From positions 10,400,844 through 10,464,843 of the forward strand of contig CM082588.2 of NCBI GenBank assembly GCA_040954595.2: DNA of 64,000 nt, read 5' to 3'. Shown here one piece after another: positions 1 through 8,700 of this stretch. Made by a program: the position numbers and the translations under genes. The DNA is from Balanoglossus misakiensis. Taxonomy: Eukaryota; Animalia; Hemichordata. Each line of letters starts with the position of its first letter. Within the stretch, counting starts at the first letter, position 1. Below the pieces are notes generated by a model. It did no database searches and had not been told where the DNA came from. It was given only the letters and a program-made list of their open reading frames with translations.

Positions 1-85
1 TTTGAAAACACGCCATGGAAAACTTTGCCGGGATGTGGTTCATATACACGCCACGCTGGGCACAATGTCTTGCGAAATACCCTGA

Positions 86-203
86 TTTGGCGCGCGAATG
101 CAGGGTCAAAGGTTATTTATTACACAACTACAACGTTTTGACGCGAGAGAAGACGGTCCACGCGTGAGGAAGCCGATCGAACCACGTCGTTCCCTTTATA
201 AAA
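86..203 (+). promoter_or_regulatory. Candidate Pol II promoter in a CpG-rich segment (E2F-like site, DR1-like element, TATA box)
   Basis: Bases 1-375 are visibly CpG-rich relative to 376-3600. Motifs: TTTGGCGCGCGAA at 86-98 (E2F-like on both strands), GGGTCA-A-AGGTTA at 103-115 (nuclear receptor DR1-like) and TATAAAA at 197-203. A consensus GTAAGT donor follows at 376. Motif evidence only. Confidence 0.35.
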
Positions 204-384
204 TTCGTTCAGCGATTTACAATGCACTCAACCTGTTCCTAAGGTAGAACCGAAATACCATATGCGTGGATAATTACTTTGGCACCGAGCATCGTTATGG
301 AAGGATGACATCTAATGACTTAGCAGTTGACCGCCAGCATCTACGAGACCGTAACATAGAACAATGCCGGTTGGGGTAAGTCCT

Positions 385-943
385 GCTTCCATTCCATTTT
401 GTGACAGTAACTACATTTTTGCGAGCAGTGAAGATAATACAAAATTAACAGGCCCGAATCCTGTATATACTGACTTGATCATGTGTTGATGATAGCTGAA
501 AAGCATGTGAGAAGAAGTAATGTCAAAAGTTTGACAGCATAAAGTAGGGAGTGGGGCCCCAAAGGAATTTCATTATTCTTGCTATTTTCAGCCTCCATCC
601 CCGTTCATTTTTGTTTATGCATTTTTGTGAGCGAAGACGATGCAAAGTATGTCACTATTAAAAGGCCTGAATCCTTTATATACTGCATTGATCATGTGTG
701 GATGGTTACAAAAAAGTCTGAGCAAATCAAAAGAATTTTTTTAATGCAGCTCCGGAGTGGGGCCCTATAGCGCCATAGCCTAGGAATTTCACCATGCTTG
801 CTATTGGCAGCCTACATCCCCATTCATGTTTGTTTATGCACTTTTACTAGTCAAGATAATTCAAAATATGTAATAATATCTATACTGTATTGATCATTTG
901 TAGATCGAGAGATATTTCAAATATATGAAGCTTCGAGTGGGGC
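385..943. repeat. Old, diverged tandem repeat, ~180-220 bp unit, about 2.7 copies
   Basis: Collinear anchors: GCYTMCATYCC at 385/591/810, GAGTGGGGC at 549/755/935, TATACTG...TTGATCAT near 466/679/881 and GGAATTTCA at 564/783. Confidence 0.8.
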
Positions 944-1020
944 TAGTGGCAGCGGAAGTCAACATTGGGGGGGGGGGGGTAACCGCAATAAAATGTTGTT
1001 TTGTGTTCCAATACTATATC

Positions 1021-1437
1021 AATGGATACCCATAATATTTAAATCATTGGCTGAATAATTTTTTTTTGATAAACCGTGATCTCGGACCACAGGATTATTT
1101 AACCCCTGCATGCCTGCGATTTGTAACAATAATGATTCCTACTTTAATTGAACCCCAGATATTTGCATAAGAATGAAATAATGGATACCCATAATATTTA
1201 AATCATTGGCTGATTAATTTTTTTTGATAAACCATGATCTCGGACCACAGGATTATTTAACCCCTGCATGCCTGCGATTTGTAACAATAATGATTTAAAT
1301 CATTGGCTGAATATTTTTTTTTGATAAACCATGATCTCGGACCACAGGATTATTTAACCCCTGCATGCCTGCGATTTGTAACAATAATGATTCCTACTTT
1401 AATTGAACCCCAGATATTTGCATAAGAATGAAATAAA
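1021..1437. repeat. Recent near-identical tandem duplication: 159-bp unit plus two partial copies
   Basis: AATGGATACCCATAAT occurs at 1021 and 1180. The core TGATCTCGGACCACAGG...GTAACAATAATGATT occurs three times. Copy 2 breaks near 1294 and restarts at ATTTAAATCATTGG. Confidence 0.95.
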
Positions 1438-1916
1438 TGATCTTGGTTTTGCAGGAGTGGTGATACTGGTTATGGGAAGGAGCAGTTTTTATTTTATTAG
1501 GCACCACAAAAATATGAAAAAGTCAACAAGTAGCATTTATGTCGAAGCATACACGGTATGTATAATTAAGTAGATTTTGTTATTTTTTTAATATCCATTT
1601 TTGTCATCTAGTCATCTGTTTTCTTTACAGTTTAGTTTGTAGGGACTTCATTATAAAATACCAACCATGTGGTTATAATTTCAGTATTGCATTTGGGAAG
1701 AGATTTTACTATTTATGCCTAAAAACGAGTTTTAAAGGAACATGCCTATCTGTATTTATTAATATAGTCCAGCTATCATGTATGTAACATGTATTCAGTT
1801 ATAGTCAAAGGAAACAATTCACTAAACTCTAGGTGCGAAATTTCATGCATTGCTCATTGAATCAATTTCATCTTGTTTGTTACATGCTGTGTATCTCATG
1901 GTTATGTTAGTGTTTC

Positions 1917-2591
1917 ATGGTTGCTGCCTATAACATTAGGATGGCACCATATCGTAGTGTTGTATCGGTCAGTCTCATGTTCTCATATGGTTGCTGCCTA
2001 TAACAGTAGGATGGCACCACATCGTAGTGTTGTATCGGTCAGTCTCATGTTCTCATATGGTTGCTGCCTATAACATTAGGATGGCACCATATCGTAGTGT
2101 TGTATCGGTCAGTCTCATGTTCTCATATGGTTGCTGCCTATAACATTAGGATGGCACCATATCGTAGTGTTGTATCGGTCAGTCTCATGTTCTCATATGG
2201 TTGCTGCCTATAACATTAGGATGGCACCATATCGTAGTGTTGTATCGGTCAGTCTCATGTTCTCATATGGTTGCTGCCTATAACATTAGGATGGCACCAT
2301 ATCGTAGTGTTGTATCGGTCAGTCTCATGTTCTCATATGGTTGCTGCCTATAACAGTAGGATGGCACCATATCGTAGTGTTGTATCGGTCAGTCTCATGT
2401 TCTCATATGGTTGCTGCCTATAACATTAGGATGGCACCATATCGTAGTGTTGTATCGGTCAGTCTCATGTTCTCATATGGTTGCTGCCTATAACATTAGG
2501 ATGGCACCATATCGTAGTGTTGTATCGGTCAGTCTCATGTTCTCATATGGTTGCTGCCTATAACATTAGGATGGCACCATATCGTAGTGTT
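1917..2591. repeat. 70-bp minisatellite, about 9.6 copies
   Basis: TTGCTGCCTATAACATTAGGATGGCACCATATCGTAGTGTTGTATCGGTCAGTCTCATGTTCTCATATGG starts at 1921, 1991 ... 2551. Copies 2 and 7 carry TAACAGTAGG. A degenerate tail runs to ~2615. Confidence 0.98.
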
Positions 2592-3621
2592 TTGTGGTAT
2601 GTGTGTCAGTCTCATAGTCATTCCCCATTGATAAATAGAGAGACACTATCTTCTTTTGTTGAGTATGTCTCATACGAGTCATTGTCATATTTTCTTGTGT
2701 ACATATGTGTTATGTGTTGTTTTCATGCTGGAAATTGTTTCTAAAATACACTCATGTTAATTTCTAACAAGATTGTTTTCTCTTTTTGTTTTTCACTATT
2801 TGAGAGTGTTTCCCATTGAAAGAAGACGAAGTTTCATAGTAAGGAAGAAGATACTCAAGGCTACTGCCATGACTCCAATACTCAAATGCATATAAAGGAG
2901 GATTTAAAAGTACTTTTCCACACTTAATGGTGACTTTGAAATCTGTATTCATGTCAGTTTTGACAAACAGTAGATTCAAAAAGTGAGGCATTTTTGATGG
3001 ATTGAAATGATTTTCCCTAACCACTTGAACGGAAAATGAGATAAAAGTTTTATTGTATATATTTTCTATCATTTATGGGGTTAATTCATTTGATTTACAT
3101 AATACCATGTATTTACCGTTGTTCCTTTTTTCTTACATTGTCATTACAATAATAATGATTGACCAAAAAAGATCTTTCTCGGTGTGCTTTTTTGACAGGT
3201 TAACATACCATTGACTGTGGAGTACTAAGATGCTGCACATTATGACACATGTTATGCTTCAAGACCAAGTTATTTAAGGGCATAGTAACTAACTTTGGGC
3301 TATTTTTTATGTATTTTTGTTCAGTGTATCGACTCCTTATTTCTGTTGTACTCCTTAAAGCATGATTAACTGCCCAGGTTCAGGATCTCAACTTTGGCCT
3401 TTGCAAATGAGTTCAGGTCTGGACTAAAATTATGTTTTTTGACAATTGCTGATTGTACAATTATGGCAGTGTATAGAATCTAGTAAATGGCATTGCATCA
3501 TGCTTTGGTGAGTTGAACAAGAAACTGCAGTCACTTGAAAGAGCAAAAATGCTAAAAATGGCCCAAATTTATAACTATAGCTTTTAGGTAAACAGAAGCC
3601 AAACATGCAATTCAAATTTTT

Positions 3622-4153
3622 GGCTTGCTTACAAACTGCATTCTGTGTAAGAATGGTTTGTATACATGCCAAAGCCCAAGCAGAGTGGCTGATTTTTAAA
3701 CCACTGCTCAAGCATTCTCAGTTTGTCAGCAAACCAGGAAATGCTAATTTTTGGTTTGCTGGCAAACTGAAGTGATTCATGTTTGGTTTGCTAGCACACC
3801 AGTTTTAAGTAGAAGTTGGCTTTCAGACAAGCCAATGTAAATTTTAAGGGTTTACGTACAACCCCCTTGTATTATTCGACGGTTTGTTGGCAAGCCATTG
3901 TTTTAGAAAGTGGCTTACATGCAAGCCATCATAATATATTCATTGGTTTATATACAAACCCCTTAGATTTGTGATGGTTTGTTGACAAACCACTGGATAA
4001 TGAATCGGTGTGTCTTCAAGCTCATTTGCTGAATAGAATGGCATGCCAGCAAACCATATTTCGGTACTATGGTTGGCCAACACACCATTCATTAAACTTG
4101 CTGTGGTCTATCAGCAAGCCGGTAAGTTATATAAAACGGCAACTCAGCAAGCT
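3622..4153. repeat. Array of 17 degenerate 16-bp palindromes (GGYTTG-N4-CAARCC), 31-34 bp period, unique 15-18 bp spacers
   Basis: Motif starts at 3622, 3655, 3687, 3720, 3753, 3785, 3818, 3849, 3881, 3912, 3945, 3976, 4007, 4040, 4071, 4105 and 4138. Examples: GGTTTGTTGACAAACC (3976), GGTTTGTTGGCAAGCC (3881), GGCTTACATGCAAGCC (3912). Confidence 0.9.
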
Positions 4154-4247
4154 AAATTCAAGCCAAAATCAAGCCAGATTTGAAGAAACGAAAGAAGCCG
4201 ATTTGCGACAAACAAGCCGGTTTGAATTTGGCTTGAATTTAGCTTGC
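4147..4247. repeat. 29-bp inverted repeat (27/29 match, 43-bp loop) built of 11-bp CAAGCYAAAWT subunits
   Basis: 4147-4175 reads GCAAGCTAAATTCAAGCCAAAATCAAGCC. The reverse complement of 4219-4247 reads GCAAGCTAAATTCAAGCCAAATTCAAACC. Confidence 0.93.
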
Positions 4248-5737
4248 AGGAAAGCCAGAAGAATTTGCAGTGTATCTATGTGTTCTGCGCCTCACAACAG
4301 AATTCGGTAAATAAACGAGGCTGTTTGGAAGCAACCATGGAAATTTTACAACTATCCGTCGATCTACAGAGTCTAGTGGAAAACGTTATTATGCGCATAG
4401 GCCTATATATGTGTTCTGCGCATCACAACAGAATTTTGTAAACAAACGAGGCTGTGTTTGGAAGCAACCATGGAAATTTTAGAACTATCTCTCGATCTAC
4501 AGAGTCTAGTGGAAAACTTTATTATGCACATATGCCTATCTATGTGTTCTGCGCATCACAACAGAAATCGGTAAATAAACGAGGCTGTTTGGAAGCAACC
4601 ATGGAAATTTTACAACTATCCGTCGATCTACAGAGTCTGGTGGAAAACTTTCTTATGCGCATAGGCCTATTACGTGCTCTGCGCCTCACAACAGAATTCG
4701 GTAAATAAACGAGGCTGTTTGGAAGCAACCATGGAAATTTTAGAACTATCCGTCGATCTACAGAGTCTAGTGGAAAAATGTCTTATGCGCATAGGCCTAT
4801 CATGTGTTCTGTGCCTCACAACAGAAATCGGTAAATAAACGAGGCTGTTTGGAAGCAACCATGGAAATTGTACAACTATCCGTCGATCTACAGAGTCTGG
4901 TGGAAAACTTCCTTATGCGCATAGGCCTATCTATGTGTTATGCGCATCACAACAGAAATCGGTAAATAAACGAGGCTGTATTTGGAAGCAACCATGAAAT
5001 TTTACAACTATCCGTCGATCTACAGAGTCTGGTGGAAAACTTCCTTATGCGCATAGACCTATTACGTGTTCTGCGCCTCACAACAGAATTCGGTAAATAA
5101 ACGAGGCTGTTTGGAAGCAACCATGGACATTGTACAACTATCCGTCGATCTACAAAGTCTAGTGGAAAACGTTCTTATGCGCATAGGCCTATCTATGTGT
5201 TATGCGCATCACAACAGAAATCGCTAAATAAACGAGGCTGTATTTGGAAGCAACCATGAAATTTTACAACTATCCGTCGATCTACAGAGTCTAGTGGAAA
5301 AATGTCTCATGCGCATAGGCCTATCATGTGTTCTGCGCCTCACAACAGAAATCGGTAAATAAACGAGGCTGTTTGGAAGCAACCATGGAAATTTTACAGC
5401 TATCTGTCGATCTACAGAGTCTAGTGGAAACGTTCTTATGCGCATAGGCCTATATATGTGTTCTGCGCATCACAACAGAATTTTGTAAACAAACGAGGCT
5501 GTGTTTGGTAGCAACCATGGACATTTTAGAACTATCTCTCGATCTACAGAGTCTATAGTGGAAAACTTTCTTATGCACATATGCCTATCTATGTGTTCTG
5601 CGCCTCACAACAGAATTCGGTAAATAAACGAGGCTGTGTTTGGAAACAACCATGGAAATTTTAGAACTATCTCTCGATCTACAGAGTCTAGTGGAAAACT
5701 TTATTATGCACATAGGCCTATCTATGTATTATGCGCA

Positions 5738-8700
5738 TCACAACAGAAATCGGTAAATAAACGAGGCTGTATTTGGAAGCAACCATGTAAATTTTACAAC
5801 TATCCGTCGATCTACAGAGTCTGGTGGAAAACTTTCTTATGCGCATAGGCCTATTACGTGTTCTGCGCCTCACAACAGAAATCGGTAAATAAACGAGGCT
5901 GTTTGGAAGCAACCATGTAAATTTTAGAACTATCCGTCGATCTACAGAGTCTAGTGGAAAAACGTTCATGTGCGCATAGGCCTATCATGTGTTATGCACA
6001 TCACAACAGAATTTTGTAAACAAACGAGGCTTTGTTTGGAAGCAACAATGGAAATTTTAGAACTATCTGTCGATCTACGGAGTATAGTGGAAAACATTCA
6101 TATGCGCATAGGCCTATATATGTGTTCTGCGCATCACAACAGAATTTTGTAAACAATCGAGGATGTGTTTGCAAGCAATCATGGAAATTTTAGAACTATC
6201 CGTCGATCTACAGAGTCTAGTGGGAAACTTTCTTATGCGCATAGGCATATGTATGTGTTCTGCGCATCACAACAGAAATCGGTAAATAAACGAGGCTGTT
6301 TGGAAGCAACCATGGAAATTTTACAACTATCCGTCGATCTACAGAGTCTGGTGGAAAACTTTCTTATGCGCATAGGCCTATTACGTGCTCTGCGCCTCAC
6401 AACAGAATTCGGTAAATAAACGAGGCTGTTTGGAAGCAACCATGGAACTTTTAGAACTATCCGTCGATCTACAGAGTCTAGTGGAAAAATGTCTTATGCG
6501 CATAGGCCTATCATGTGTTCTGTGCCTCACAACAGAAATCGGTAAATAAACGAGGCTGTTTGGAAGCAACCATGGAAATTGTACAACTATCCGTCGATCT
6601 ACAGAGTCTAGTGGAAAACGTTCTTATGCGCATAGGCCTATCTATGTGTTATGCGCATCACAACAGAAATCGGTAAATAAACGAGGCTGTATTTGGAAGC
6701 AACCATGAAATTTTACAACTATCCGTCGATCTACAGAGTCTGGTGGAAAACTTCCTTATGCGCATAGACCTATTACGTGTTCTGCGCCTCACAACAGAAT
6801 TCGGTAAATAAACGAGGCTGTTTGGAAGCAACCATGGACATTGTACAACTATCCGTCGATCTACAAAGTCTAGTGGAAAACGTTCTTATGCGCATAGGCC
6901 TATCTATGTGTTATGCGCATCACAACAGAAATCGCTAAATAAACGAGGCTGTATTTGGAAGCAACCATGAAATTTTACAACTATCCGTCGATCTACAGAG
7001 TCTAGTGGAAAAATGTCTCATGCGCATAGGCCTATCATGTGTTCTGCGCCTCACAACAGAATTCGGTAAATAAACGAGGCTGTTTGGAAGCAACCATGGA
7101 AATTTTACAACTATCCGTCGATCTACAGAGTCTAGTGGAAAACGTTATTATGCGCATAGGCCTATATATGTGTTCTGCGCATCACAACAGAATTTTGTAA
7201 ACAAACGAGGCTGTGTTTGGAAGCAACCATGGACATTTTAGAACTAACTCTCGATCTACAGAGTCTATAGTGGAAAACTTTCTTATGCACATATGCCTAT
7301 CTATGTGTTCTGCGCCTCACAACAGAATTCGGTAAATAAACGAGGCTGTTTGGAAGCAACCATGGAAATTTTACAACTATCCGTCGATCTACAGAGTCTA
7401 GTGGAAAACGTTATTATGCGCATAGGCCTATATATGTGTTCTGCGCATCACAACAGAATTTTGTAAACAAACGAGGCTGTGTTTGGAAGCAACCATGGAA
7501 ATTTTAGAACTATCTCTCGATCTACAGAGTCTAGTGGAAAACTTTATTATGCACATATGCCTATCTATGTGTTCTGCGCATCACAACAGAAATCGGTAAA
7601 TAAACGAGGCTGTTTGGAAGCAACCATGGAAATTTTACAACTATCCGTCGATCTACAGAGTCTGGTGGAAAACTTTCTTATGCGCATAGGCCTATTACGT
7701 GCTCTGCGCCTCACAACAGAATTCGGTAAATAAACGAGGCTGTTTGGAAGCAACCATGGAAATTTTAGAACTATCCGTCGATCTACAGAGTCTAGTGGAA
7801 AAATGTCTTATGCGCATAGGCCTATCATGTGTTCTGTGCCTCACAACAGAAATCGGTAAATAAACGAGGCTGTTTGGAAGCAACCATGGAAATTGTACAA
7901 CTATCCGTCGATCTACAGAGTCTGGTGGAAAACTTCCTTATGCGCATAGGCCTATCTATGTGTTATGCGCATCACAACAGAAATCGGTAAATAAACGAGG
8001 CTGTATTTGGAAGCAACCATGAAATTTTACAACTATCCGTCGATCTACAGAGTCTGGTGGAAAACTTCCTTATGCGCATAGACCTATTACGTGTTCTGCG
8101 CCTCACAACAGAATTCGGTAAATAAACGAGGCTGTTTGGAAGCAACCATGGACATTGTACAACTATCCGTCGATCTACAAAGTCTAGTGGAAAACGTTCT
8201 TATGCGCATAGGCCTATCTATGTGTTATGCGCATCACAACAGAAATCGCTAAATAAACGAGGCTGTATTTGGAAGCAACCATGAAATTTTACAACTATCC
8301 GTCGATCTACAGAGTCTAGTGGAAAAATGTCTCATGCGCATAGGCCTATCATGTGTTCTGCGCCTCACAACAGAAATCGGTAAATAAACGAGGCTGTTTG
8401 GAAGCAACCATGGAAATTTTACAGCTATCCGTCGATCTACAGAGTCTAGTGGAAACGTTCTTATGCGCATAGGCCTATATATGTGTTCTGCGCATCACAA
8501 CAGAATTTTGTAAACAAACGAGGCTGTGTTTGGTAGCAACCATGGACATTTTAGAACTATCTCTCGATCTACAGAGTCTATAGTGGAAAACTTTCTTATG
8601 CACATATGCCTATCTATGTGTTCTGCGCCTCACAACAGAATTCGGTAAATAAACGAGGCTGTTTGGAAGCAACCATGGAAATTTTACAACTATCCGTCGA

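Larger units (their letters stand above)
226..1631 (+). other. Putative spliced transcript without a long ORF: exon 1 ends at 375, exon 2 is 1455-1555, exon 3 starts at 1631
   Basis: Donor GG|GTAAGT (376-381), acceptor TCTTGGTTTTGCAG| (ends 1454), donor ACG|GTATGT (1556-1561), acceptor CTGTTTTCTTTACAG| (ends 1630). Spliced frames are short: 38 aa from ATG305 and 6 aa from ATG364. The start is estimated from TATA spacing. Confidence 0.3.
3622..4272. mobile_element. Probable terminus and subterminal repeat region of a CACTA/EnSpm (CMC)-like DNA transposon; the other end is not in the window
   Basis: The segment ends in GAATTTGCAGTG (minus strand CACTGCAAATTC), followed by TA (4273-4274) where the satellite begins mid-monomer. 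CACT termini and direct/inverted subterminal motif arrays are hallmarks of this superfamily. No matching second terminus or transposase was seen. Confidence 0.55.

Noticed and set aside
944-990. AGTGGCAGCGGAAG...G13 run as a MITE end or G-quadruplex
   Set aside because: There is no partner inverted end or target duplication, and a homopolymer alone is insufficient evidence.
1917-1928. ATGGTTGCTGCC in the 70-bp minisatellite matches the satellite minus strand ATGGTTGCTTCC (11/12)
   Set aside because: The match is too short and does not extend, so it is compatible with chance.
3622-4153. CRISPR array
   Set aside because: The repeats are only 16 bp and degenerate, the spacers are only 15-18 bp, there are no cas genes and the context is eukaryotic.
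2764-4310. Flank ORFs 2764-3072, 3430-3711 and 4008-4310, and likewise 579-770, 1873-2073 and 2481-2744
   Set aside because: They are short, show no recognisable domain or transposase motif, and several overlap repeats.
4318-4336. CENP-B box in the monomer (GTTTGGAAGC resembles CGTTGGAARC)
   Set aside because: It lacks the essential TTCG and CGGG positions.
4273-4403. Monomer as a 5S rRNA, tRNA/SINE or hammerhead-ribozyme repeat
   Set aside because: I saw no Pol III A/B boxes, no 5S similarity and no CTGANGA core on either strand. An Rfam/Infernal search would settle it.
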